Source of the DNA: Octopus sinensis
Taxonomy: Eukaryota
Reading direction: 5' to 3'
DNA: 64,000 bases
NCBI RefSeq assembly: GCF_006345805.1
Contig: NC_043001.1
Coordinates: forward strand, 124,744,001-124,808,000
Part shown: positions 1 through 11,070 of the stretch, piece by piece
Numbering within the stretch: position 1 is the first letter of the stretch
Layout of the letters: every line of letters starts with the position of its first letter
Notes under the pieces: generated by a model
What the model saw: the letters and a program-made list of their open reading frames with translations, nothing else
The model's database searches: none
What the model was told of the DNA's origin: nothing
Position numbers and translations under genes: made by a program

Positions 1-388
1 TTCTTTTGCATTTTTCTATGTTGTTTTGTTGTTGATTTCTGTTCTACATTTTTCAATGGTTGTATCCTACCTATTATTCGTATTGATATCGGTCGTGAAA
101 GCACCGTACTGAAATGCATTACTATTTTATTTTGGTATTTCTAGATTCTAGATTAGTTCGACTACTACCGGACGTTTACATTAACATTTGATTTCTGGGT
201 GGGTTATGATGAGTGTGAACCTAGCAGGGTGAGAGAAATCAAAGGTATTGCGAAACTGATGAATGTTTCTATAATACTCGGGGCTCAGCTCCATTCTTCT
301 AACTGGACATTGACTTCAGCGGATTCGAGTCAATGGCGAATTGTTTCATTTAACAGCAAAATCTTCTTCAAACACATAATTTTTCATC

Positions 389-569
389 TTTTATCTTTTA
401 TTCGTTTCAGTCATTTGACTGCAACCATTCTGGGGCATTGCTTTGAAAACTTTTAGTCGAACAAATCGACTCCAGGCCTTATTTTTTCTTATCCTAGCAC
501 TTATCCTATCGGGTGACGTGAACACACCATCAACACAAGTTGTCAAGCAGTGTTCAGGACACACACACA

Positions 570-645
<76 letters not shown>

Positions 646-1307
646 CAGGATGTGTGTGTGTACGTGAATGTAATTTATGCATGTCCACAAACTAGCACGC
701 ATATCGCTCCGATTTTAGGAGGACATTGGTCACGACAATGGCTGTGCTTTTGTCAACTTATTTTTCCCGAGGCACACCCGGATAGCGGTAAAAATCGATT
801 TTCACCATAACGTTTACCAATTTACACGTCAGTGAAATCCGTATGGTTCCTAACATGAGTTAAGTCCCCTGTCTTGCATATAGATTAATTCACCCTACTA
901 CAATGCCTCCGAAAGAAATTAGATTTGGAATACCTAAGCAATCTCAGCGTAGGAAAAGAGAAAGAGCTGAAGAGACTAACTATCAGCGGACCCATTAGTA
1001 AAATATAACTTTTTGGGCCGAAGCCTGGCAATAAGAGCTTGCAGATATTCCGCTACAAAACATTCAATAATATCGAAGCAGTAACTTTCATAAATCAGGG
1101 TGTAATTTTTTAAGACACTTTCTGAACCCAGTCGACGACGGGTATTTCTGCTAGTATATATATAAATAACGGGCATTTTTTAGTTACTGTCAACCAGATC
1201 CACTTACAAGGCTTTGATCAGCCCACCCAAGGTGCTACGCAGTGGGACTGAACCCAGAACCATATGGTTGAGAAGGAAGCTTCTTAGTACAAAGCTACAC
1301 CTGCGCC
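389..1307 (-). mobile_element. SINE family A (tRNA-like head, conserved core, internal (TA)n(TG)n, TAAAAGAG-type tail), split by a Helitron
   Basis: Tail half at 389-630 and core/head half at about 1160-1307 both align by eye to the intact copy at 5516-5959. The intervening 632-1154 has a Helitron 3' end. Confidence 0.75.
632..1154 (+). mobile_element. Non-autonomous Helitron (5' end approximate)
   Basis: Ends CCCAGTCGACGACGGG (hairpin) TATTTCTG CTAG|T at 1154. The start (TATATAAGGCAGGATGTGTG) resembles the 5' end of the Helitron at 11070 and lies in a (TA)n tract. Confidence 0.55.
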
Positions 1308-1808
1308 TTTTCAAGTATTTTTTACGTAATTTGAAACAAAATTATTTCGATGCATTTAGTGCATAAATTCAAAACCTTTTTTATATTTTATCCTATAAAG
1401 ATAAGGGTCGTCTGTCAGTCATCAATGATTACCATCTCAACAACTATGTTTAAGCTGGAAAAGATTTTATGAAGAAATCTAGCAATTTAATTATTCATCA
1501 AGTCTCCTCTCTCCACAATACCAATGTTTATTCACGGAAAAGGCTACCATTTAAGGTCGAGACAAGTTAACAGAGGTGTCGTTACAAAGTTTGCTATCAT
1601 TATGCAAAAAAACTGGAAGTAATATTGCACAACATATCCGACCTCTAGCAGTTCTGCTAATGTATTATCACTCTTTTATTGACCCCGTAACAATAAAAAT
1701 CAAAGTTGACCCCGATAGGATTTGAACTTCGAGCCCAAAGAACGTGTACAAATACTGTAGGCTATTCGTAATAAAAGCTCCAACAATTTGCTGCCTATAG
1801 TTTTAAAT

Positions 1809-2176
1809 CTTTCTCTTTTATTTGTTTCAATCATTTGGCTGCCCCCATGCTGGAGCACCACTTTGAAAGGTTTTAGTCGAACAAATCAACCCCAGGACTC
1901 ATTTTTTTAAAGCCTTGTACTTATTCTATCGGTCTGTTTTGCCGAACCGATACTTTACGGGAACGTAAACACACCAACGCCGGTTGCCAAGTGGTGATGG
2001 ATGGACAAATACAAGCACAATCTCACATACATTGATATATACATATATAAATCCACTCACAAGACCTTGGTCGGCCCGAGGCTATAATAGAAGACACTTG
2101 CCCAAGGTTCCACCGCAGTGGGGCTGAACCTGGAACCATGTGGTTGTGAAGCAAGGATCTCTTACCACACAGCCAC
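1809..2176 (-). mobile_element. SINE family A, diverged copy
   Basis: Tail, core and head blocks match 5516-5959 with many substitutions. Confidence 0.8.
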
Positions 2177-2967
2177 ATCTAAAAAATATTAATTACTTCT
2201 TTATTCAATAAACGAAATAAACTTCTAAAAAAAATTCATTTAGAATTTCAGCTTTATTTTTCACGTTTTTTCAAATATCATTGTATCATACCGCGGCTCA
2301 CTTATGTACTGTGTCACACTGTTTTGGGATTACTGTCCTTACTGTTTTTAAAAGGCCCTCATTAGTTATTGTAGTTCGTGAAAATGCTATTCTTCAAAAT
2401 ATAAGCTGAAGCCACCATAACTTTTATGTATTTTGTTCATTTGAAAGTTACCTCCATCAGAACAAATTTGCGGTTAAACAACACTCGTAGCAGCAGCAGC
2501 AAAATCAACCACACCCTTGAACATGGATAAAATCCGCTAGGATGACTACCTCCACAACTACATGGACCTGGTTTTTCTTCAGCGATCCAATAGATTGTGG
2601 TCCAAGAGATTTACCACAGTTACAATAATTTATTGAACAGTAACATGTTATTTTTGTATTTTATTGGCTTTCAGGGAGAAAGAGCCAGAGTCAGACGCGA
2701 TGAAATTTAAATGTGATTTTAGTTACTAAACTACCGGTCTAGCTCTGTTGCTTCTACAACCAACTCGGTACATCATTAGTTAAAATTAATTAGAAACACG
2801 TAAATTTCAAGCAAATTCTGAGACAAGTGTAATGTAATGAATATGTCTCGACAACTACAAGATATTAAATTAATTCTGGATTAAATGAATTCAATATAAC
2901 CTCACTTAAAACACAAATTAGTTGTGGAATGGAATTTATGTTTTCAATATGATTATTGTTTATTATT

Positions 2968-3029
2968 ATAATTTTTTTATTATTATTATTATTATTATTG
3001 TTATTATTATTATTATTATTATTATCATA

Positions 3030-3065
<36 letters not shown>

Positions 3066-3086
3066 GTTATTATTATTATTATTATT
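2968..3086. repeat. (ATT)n/(ATC)n microsatellite at the LINE 3' end
   Basis: Directly visible trinucleotide run. Confidence 0.95.
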
Positions 3087-3736
3087 CTATGTTTGACTTT
3101 TGCTTTATATTTGTACAAGTTGGCTCCAAGTCTCACCCAGAGACCTCAAGAAACAACAGGGTTGGAAGTTCATGTTGTTGTTATGCCTAGTGTGCCATAT
3201 ATTTGAGGGGGGGTTGTACTAATGAATGTCTAAAAAAAGTTGCGTTTTTTGGGGTTTTTTATAAACCGAAAATTATGTTTGTTTTAAACCTTGAGGTTAC
3301 ATAGAAATATTTTGCGTAGGATATGAGCAGTTCCCATGAGCACTATCTTTTGAATTTCTGCCATTTTGGGGTTTCCTGGTATCTGAGTTAGGTAGCTATC
3401 AGCCCCTTTTGCTATCATTCCCAGGGCACCTATGACAACAGGTATTGTTTTAGTCTTCAGGTTCCACATTTCGCTGATTTCTATTTCAAGATCTTTATAT
3501 TTGCTCAGTTTTTGGTAGGTCTTGACAGATACGTTTATATCGATTGGGACAGTCATATCAATGAGGAGGCATGTTCTTTGTTTGAAGTCTTTCAATATGA
3601 TGTCTGGCCTATTTGCATCTATCTTTCTGTCAGTTTGAATGGTGAAGTTCCAGGGGAGTGAGATGTGGTCATTTTCAAGCACTGGGGGTGGTTTGTGTTC
3701 CCACCAGTTTTTTTCATGGGGCAAATCCAGGTTTTT

Positions 3737-3738
<2 letters not shown>
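3087..3738 (-). mobile_element. 5'-truncated R4/Dong-type non-LTR retrotransposon (RLE domain and 3' UTR)
   Basis: ORF 3284-3724 contains RPDIILKD...LLIDMTVP.D.N...KLSKYKDLE.E...MWNLK...PVVIGALG, the PD-(D/E)xK RLE signature. Both sides are (TAA)n on the sense strand. Confidence 0.88.

Positions 3739-3799
<61 letters not shown>
3739..3799. repeat. (TTA)n microsatellite at the LINE 5' junction
   Basis: Directly visible. Confidence 0.95.
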
Positions 3800-3800
<1 letters not shown>

Positions 3801-4207
3801 GGCGGCGAGCTGGCAGAATCGTTAGCACACCGGGCGAAATGCTTTGCGGTATTTCATCTACCGCTACGTTCTGAGTTCAAATTCCGCCGAGGTCGATTTT
3901 GCCTTTCATCCTTTCGGGGTCGATAAATTAAGTACCAGTTACGCACTGGGGTCGATATAATCCACTTAATCCGTTTGTCTGTCTTTGTTTGTCCTCTCTG
4001 TGTTTAGCCCCTTGTAGGCAGTAAAGAAATATGTATTTCTCCCGTCTTTACGTTCTGAGTTCAAATTCCGCCGAGGTCGATTTTGCCTTTCATCCTTTCA
4101 AAATCGATAAATTAAGTACCAGTCAAGTACTGGAGTTGATGTAATCGACTTGCTCCCTTCCCACAAGTTTAAGGCTTTGTGCTTATAGTAGAAAGGATTA
4201 TTATTAT
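3800..4207 (+). mobile_element. SINE family B (tRNA head with CORE-like domain), partial tandem dimer
   Basis: A box TGGCAGAATCG, B box GAGTTCAAATTCC and core GCCTTTCATCCTTTCGGGGTCGA. A second unit restarts at GTATTTC (about 4033). Confidence 0.85.
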
Positions 4208-4523
4208 TGTTATAAAGTCTCACCGAGGTCAACATTACTTTCAAGTTTGATAACCTCCAAGTACTAGGGTAAATTTCAACAATTAAACTCCTCCAAAGTT
4301 GTGATTGTATCTATATAAAAAATAATTCCAGAGCAACAGATTGGCGGAATTGTTACTGCGCCAGACGAACTGTTTTGTGGTATTTCTTCCGAAGTTTTAC
4401 GCTATGTGTTCAATTATCGCCGAGGTTGACTTTGGTTTTCATCCTCTTGAGGTTGATAAAATTAAGTGTAAGTTTTGCACCGGCTTCGCCCTCCCCCCAG
4501 AATTGTCAATCTTGTTGCAAAAT

Positions 4524-4580
4524 TTATTTGGCTTGCAGTAGTTATTATGGCTTGCAGTAGTTATTATGGCTTGCAGTAGT
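4524..4580. repeat. 19-bp minisatellite (TGGCTTGCAGTAGTTATTA), about 3 copies
   Basis: Directly visible tandem copies. Confidence 0.85.
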
Positions 4581-5495
4581 AGCAGTAGTAGTGGAGGGGG
4601 CTGTCATTTAACCTGGTGGGCCATGTTTATAATCAAAGACACTCCATCCCAAAACATTCCATCTTCCAAGTGTAGCAGGAACTATGAAAAACAGTAACTA
4701 AATCTCCCTCAAATTACAACCAGCACTCTTTATTAATTAATCCGAGAATGTTATGTGCTTATAACATTTGTAGTATCAACCCAATTGTATGCATAGCTGT
4801 CCATTGTCACTTGCACTCAATCATTGTGGACAGTCAGCAACTGATCAGAGCTGAAGTATTTTCTAATTCTGGGGAATGAAACTTTGTTTTGTGAGATATA
4901 TTTATAGTAAAGACATATACAGAAAGTTGCAACTAGAGATAGTCGAAGCTTTCAGGTTTAGCACTTACAGTGGCTTTCATTTGTCAACATATGGATTTAA
5001 AACGGTACCTTTGAAACTTGGCTTTGCTACCTGTATTGAGATATGCTTTTGAGGCCTTTGATCATGAAGGCTACATATTTTATCAGGTGTGAGGTATCTG
5101 GGATCTAAGTAAATTATGCTTGTGTATGCAATGTTAAGACGGTAGGTGTTCTTTGTTGTGAAGTGTATGCGGCTCGAAGAAACAGCATAAATATATTGGT
5201 AGAAGATTTGGAATGACATTTGGAAACAACTTAGTTGATAGAAGGTGGTTCTGCATATGTTGCCGCTCATGTAACGTTTGACCAAAGAAATAAGTGACAA
5301 ATGTAGATCTAAGGCGAGTAAACCAGCTTAAAGATTCTTCCGTTAAACACGGTTCGAGGTTTTGCTGATATCAAAGGAAATAAAATTGCTTTTTCTTTAG
5401 TTAAGAGAGAAGAAAAATAAATAAAAAAAGTGAAACAAAACGGGAGGAGGAAGAGAGATGCCGCTGGTATGAAATATTGATTAGGAAGACAACTA

Positions 5496-5732
5496 CAGTG
5501 TATCCATAAAATCATACTCTTACTCTTTACTCTCTTTTACTTGTTTCAGTCATTGACTGCGGCTATGCTGGAGCACAGCCTTTAATCGAGCAACTCGACC
5601 CCGGGACTTATTCTTTTGTAAGCCCAGTACTTATTCTATCGATCTCTTTTGCCGAACCGCTAAGTTACGGGGACATAAACACATCAGCATCGGTTGTCAA
5701 GCAATGCTAGGGGGACAAACACAGACACACAA

Positions 5733-5793
<61 letters not shown>

Positions 5794-6072
5794 TACGACG
5801 GGCTTCTTTTCAGTTTCCGTCTACCAAATCCACTCACAAGGCTTTGTTGGCCCGAGGCTATAGTAGAAGACACTTGCCCAAGGTGCCACGCAGTGGGACT
5901 GAACCCGAAAGCATGTGGTTGGTAAACAAGCTTCTTACCACACAGCCACTCCTGCGCCTATCATGGTGGAATTTCAAAATTATTTATTGATGTAACTTGC
6001 AACACTGTGTAGCATTGCGAATTACTTCAATAAATAGTTTTGGAATCTCACCATGACTTTCCGGACACACTG
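5496..6072. mobile_element. Tc1/mariner-type MITE (about 130 bp net) interrupted by a SINE in its left TIR
   Basis: Left end TA|CAGTGTATCCATAAAATCAT and right end ATGACTTTCCGGACACACTG|TA. 5961-6002 and 6015-6056 are inverted repeats of each other. Confidence 0.75.
5516..5959 (-). mobile_element. SINE family A, full-length young copy
   Basis: Minus strand reads GGCGCAGGAGTGGCTGTGTGG (A box), GGGTTCAGTCCC (B box), core GAGTGGATTTGGTAGACGGAAACTGAAA, (TA)n(TG)n and a TAAAAGAG tail. Flanked by an ATCAT duplication (5511-5515 / 5960-5964). Confidence 0.92.
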
Positions 6073-6478
6073 TATTTGCGACAGCTTGAGCATGTATTGT
6101 GTATCATAGCCGCGAGTCAAGCAAAACTTTGTGATTGAAGCAGTCGCAGGGACAGTTCCTTGAATGGCAAACATACATGATTGCCCGGTTTAACACCATA
6201 TACCTGACCCTGCGTATAACTTCTGCCAATGTCGGAGGCCTTGAAAAAGGTCATACACACTGGAATTAACCAATTAAAAATATCTCTAATAGACATGACT
6301 CTGCGAAAATAGTACAGATGATTACAGAGAAATGAAAAAAAAATTGAGAAGAGGTACTTCTTTGTCTCTTTCAGATATTGGAGATGGGTGTGATTGCCTA
6401 GTGGTTGTCAGGATAAGAGCGGTTGCTTCTTTTGGAGACACATAATACGCTTTAACGTCTTGGCACAGATTGAGAGTG

Positions 6479-6860
6479 GAAGCACTCCGTCGGTTACGAC
6501 GACGAGGGTTCCGGTTGATCCGATCAACGGAACAGCCTGCTCGTGAAATTAACGTGTAAGTGGCTGAGCACTCCACAGACACGTGTACCCTTAACGTAGT
6601 TCTCGGGGATACTCAGCGTGACACAGAGAGTGACAAGGCCGGCCCTTTGAAGTACATGTACAACAGAAACAGGAAGTAAGAGTGAGAGAAAATTGTGGTG
6701 AAAGAGTACAGCAGAGATCACCACCATCCCCTGCCGGAGCTTCGTGGAGCTTTTAGGTGTTTTCGCTCAATAAACACTCACAACGCCCGGTCTGGGAATC
6801 GAAACCGCGATCCTATGACCGCGAGTCCGCTGCCCTAACCACCGGGCCATTGCGCCTCCG
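6479..6860 (-). mobile_element. SINE family C (tRNA-Arg-like head), full length
   Basis: Head GGCGCAATGGCCCGGTGGTTAGGGCAGCGGACTCGCGG. 13-bp TSD CAGATTGAGAGTG at 6466-6478 and 6861-6873. Near-identical to 12752-13145. Confidence 0.92.
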
Positions 6861-7673
6861 CAGATTGAGAGTGAACATTGTAGAGAGATAAGGATGGATT
6901 TAAGAGTTCAACAAGTATTGTGACATAGAGTTTGACATACTGTTTAAACGTAGCAAAAGTATCATCAGTCATTTTATTGATTTGACAAAAATCAGACATT
7001 TTGTGCATGGTGGCCGTACGATTGGTAGCTATGAAGATCACATCGCTACTAAAGTGGCCATATATGTTATTGCTATTGTGATTCATGATGATGATCTAAG
7101 ACATTCAAACTGTAAACACCTTACCCCTATTTTAGACATTGTATATCCACGACTACCTTTTTCTATATAACTTCCAATTTTTCTCGGAGATCGTATGCAA
7201 CAATGTAGGAGGTATTTTGAAACTAGTCTGTAATAGCTAAATGATACCTAATCACAGGAGCCTACAACTGCTCATCACAAGCTATTTCATTGGCTGAATG
7301 TCCTCCCTAGGCCGAGTCGCTCACTTTTAGTCAACCAGATACTCGCAAACTCCTTCACTCAGCTCCATACTAGTACCGAGAAAACCGACCACCAAGGATC
7401 CCATTGTTAAATAAGTCATTCAAACATGTGTTAAATTACTCATACAAATCTTTCTCTCATCTCTGTTATCCTTTTCAATATTTGATTTGTTTCCATTAAT
7501 GCAACTTTTCTTGCCTGACCGAAAATCACAACAACGAGTATTTATTTCTATATTAAAGTGGGTCTTTCTTTACCTTTTACATTATAAATAGCTTCGTTCT
7601 ACAGAATTCTAATTCTTGTCATAACCAATCAGCTATTCGCTATTTTATCTCGTTCACCTTCTTCTTCTTCCTT

Positions 7674-7714
<41 letters not shown>

Positions 7715-9086
7715 ACTCTTTCTCTCTGTTCACAGAAAAAAGTATTTTGCTATATCTGTATTGAAATTTATTTAATAAGACATTTGAACACATACTGCTA
7801 TATTATGTTACAAATGAATAATGTATTGTTTACACCGAGCGCCTTTGTGGTTTAAACAAAGCGCAGCAGGTCATCCAGAGATCGTACATAGAATTAGTTT
7901 CTTCAAGTTAACCGATAGATGTTGTGCACGTTGTCCGCAGCTTTGGTGATGTGACTGCACAACCTTTAATTCGTGACATATACAGGACAAGAGGGAAAGA
8001 CAGGGGGTTGGTTACTGCAAACTGAACCGATCTTTGCAGGCATGAAAGTATTTTAGAGCTTGGATTAGCGAACTAGTTAACAAGATTGTCATCAACAACA
8101 GGTTGTAGATCTCACTAAAGACAAAAATTAGATAAGCATCGAGTTGCTTCTTGCAGTTATTTCGGCTATTTCTTCGACACGTTTACTATTTCCTTATATT
8201 TTTCTATTTTAAATCATCAAGTCTCATTTTAAAGACAGCAAGAAGACTGAGCTGTTTTACTACATAACAAAATGTTGCTTTCAAATTCTGGCACAAAATC
8301 AGTCGTAAGTTGATTACGCTGGAGGGCATAAGTTGATTACATCGACCCCGGTGTGAACTGGTACTTATTTTATCGGCCTCGAAAGAGCGAAAGGTAAAGT
8401 CTACCTCGGCAGAAAACATAAAATATTAAAACACAAACCGTTACGAACACGGGCATTGATATACAGCATTAGGGATGTTTCTAAATATAGAAATAAGATA
8501 CGTGAAGACAATCAGAGAGCAAATCCACAGACACATAAAAGATGAGATTAACAGTTTCAGAAATTTCATATTAATTTAAATATGCGAAATTTTAGGTTCA
8601 GGAACAGAAAATCCATTGGTGGTTTCCATTTAACTTTTTTCTATCTTCTTTGGTTTCTTTTGGGAATTCCTTCACTCATTCATGTATCTTTTCTTTCTTT
8701 TTTCTTTCATTCTTTGTCAATATATTTGTTGGTTTGTAACTTTGCTTCCTTCTTTTTTGTTTTTTTTTTTGTTTTCTTTTCCTCTTCCATTCGCATGTTT
8801 ACTTTTCATTGAATATTCTCTTTGATTTTCACACTCGCAATATTCTGATTCTAGAAGATTCACCAAGTAAACAAACGTGTCCAACTAATCCATTGTTTTG
8901 GAAACGTTTAGGCTTCAACACAGGCACACACGCGCGCGCGCGCACACACACACACACATGTATTCCTTCTCATTTTTACTTTCTCTCTCTTTCTCTCTCT
9001 CACCCTCTCTCTCTTTCTCTCTCTCTCTCAGCATATATGCACACACATTCCCTCTCTCTTTTACTATTTATCTCTTTCTCCCTCAG

Positions 9087-9125
<39 letters not shown>

Positions 9126-9219
9126 GCGCACGTGTGTATGTATGCATATACACATAAACATATAATATGAGTAGACATGCTTACGTGTTTACTATGAACT
9201 TTTAACCTTATTTTGATTA

Positions 9220-9641
9220 GCGGTCATTGGATTAACGCTTTTATATAAGTAGCGGAATTATAACACAGTAATTTCCCTTTGTATAACGGTCTTTTTTCAT
9301 AGCGTTTATCAGATAGCCAGATAACCGAAGAGATGGTGTTGTGGATTCCCACCTCGGCATTCGAAACTCGGAGTTTTATCTTGGCTATTGAATAATTGTC
9401 ACATATTATTTTACAGATATATATGTCCTTGTTTTGTATACATTCGAGGCTTTCTTCCAAGGAATCTAATGCGCTTGGCTTAGATTTTCCTTTGGGGCTG
9501 GCCAGGTCGGAGCAATCTCAAGATTAATCAGCCGAAATTGCGAGGATGATCCGGTTCTTGACTGAAGATTGAAGGCTTCGTGTTTTTTGTATCGTCTTCA
9601 AATGTTTTGCGTTCTTGTCCCAGTTTGTATTTTTTTACATA

Positions 9642-9645
<4 letters not shown>
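9220..9645 (+). mobile_element. Penelope-like pseudo-LTR or retrozyme-like repeat carrying a hammerhead fold
   Basis: Contains the type I hammerhead fold at 9313-9388. The 3' part is homologous to 57750-58000, and both end in ...TTGTATTTTT followed by (TA)n. No RT or endonuclease ORF is seen, so the class is inferred. Confidence 0.5.
9313..9388 (+). ncRNA. Type I hammerhead ribozyme motif (variant core, possibly decayed)
   Basis: Stem I ATAGCCAGATAA / TTATCT(T)GGCTAT (12 bp, one bulge). Core CCGAAGA (U4 to C). Stem II starts G10.1-C11.1 and has an apical GTGG-ATTC-CCAC hairpin. Then GAAA, stem III ACT-CGG-AGT and cleavage triplet GUU (after 9375). Confidence 0.72.
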
Positions 9646-9676
<31 letters not shown>

Positions 9677-9713
9677 CGGTTAAATATCTGTTGTGCAATA
9701 TGATCATTCCGAA

Positions 9714-9754
<41 letters not shown>

Positions 9755-9795
9755 TGAGAAAGTTGGTGTGTGAAAGCACGTGGTTGGATATATAG

Positions 9796-10038
9796 AAAAT
9801 AGAAAAGAGTGAAAAACTACAGAAGGCTTGTTTTATAGAGTTAAAGAATATATTTAAGTCGTTATGTTAGAAGAATGTTATAAAATTTTGCATATAGTAA
9901 CAGTTTTTGAAGAAATTAAGTGAAAAACTATGTTACTATATGCAAAATTTTATAACATTCTTCTAACATACCGACTTAAATATATTCTTTAACCTTATAA
10001 AACAAGCCTTCTGTAGTTTTTTCACTCTTTTCTATTTT
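9796..10038. repeat. Long near-perfect inverted repeat (about 107-bp arms)
   Basis: 9796-9902 is the reverse complement of 9931-10038 with only about 3-4 differences. Short inner stem and loop. Confidence 0.95.
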
Positions 10039-10040
10039 AT

Positions 10041-10098
<58 letters not shown>

Positions 10099-10621
10099 CA
10101 GCTATAGCATTATTTCTGTTTTTCTTTTAAAGTAAAAGTTAAAAAGATGTGTGTGTTATAACCAGCCATAGTCACTTGCAAACTTGTATGAGGTGGTAGC
10201 ATGTACCATATTCGTGCTAATTATTTCACGTAACCATTTAGTCGCAAAGCAGACATAGACACTCACTCGGTCTTCCTACTCTTGATACTGCGGAACATAG
10301 GTGAGAAGGCATCACCAGTGATTAGCTGATGCTCACCATTATAGCCGAAGAGGCTGGAACAATGTGAAATGGAGTATCTTACTCAAGAACACGACATGAA
10401 GTGTGGTCCAGGAATCCAGCACACGATCCCACTACATGCTTGACACAAGATTTTTTTGCCTGCTGCTTTTCCGCCCAGGTCCGAAAAGACCCTTCTTGAA
10501 TAACTCTGTCCTCAAATGCAGAAGTAAATCACAGCTCCCTGTGGTGATGGCAAAACAAATTTAATTATTACAATCTACCTTCAAGCTCTTCAACAATTCT
10601 TTTTCCTTTTTATAGTATTTA

Positions 10622-11070
10622 CTAGCAGCATAGCCCGGCGTTGCCCGGGTATGTAAGAGCCCCTAGTAGGCAACGACTAATCCCAATCTAGTCCTTTCCC
10701 TCTAGGGAACGAAGGCGCATGTGTAGGTTGCAATGTCTTCTCTTCACTCGAATACTTCTGTGTATACGATGTTCCTAGCTGTCCCTAGCTGTCGAGTTGT
10801 GTCCCCTAGACAGAAAATGTGTTGCATATAAAAAGCTTAGATTCTCGACCCCATGTCGAATTTATCGATATTTTTCAGAACTGGGGGAACTTTTCGAAAT
10901 TTTCGCTGCGTTAGTTTTGAATTATGACATTGGGCTATGTGTGGGTCAAGTTTCATCAGAATCGGTTGAAAGCCGTGGTCAGAGTGAGGGTACAACCTGA
11001 CAGACACACAGACACACAGACAGACACACAGACACACAGACAGACAAACTGCCATTTATATAGAGAGAGA
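10622..11070 (-). mobile_element. Non-autonomous Helitron, complete ends
   Basis: Minus strand reads A|TCTCTCTCTATATAAATGGCAG ... CCCGGGCAACGCCGGG hairpin ... CTAG|T. Inserted between A and T with no TSD. Confidence 0.85.
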
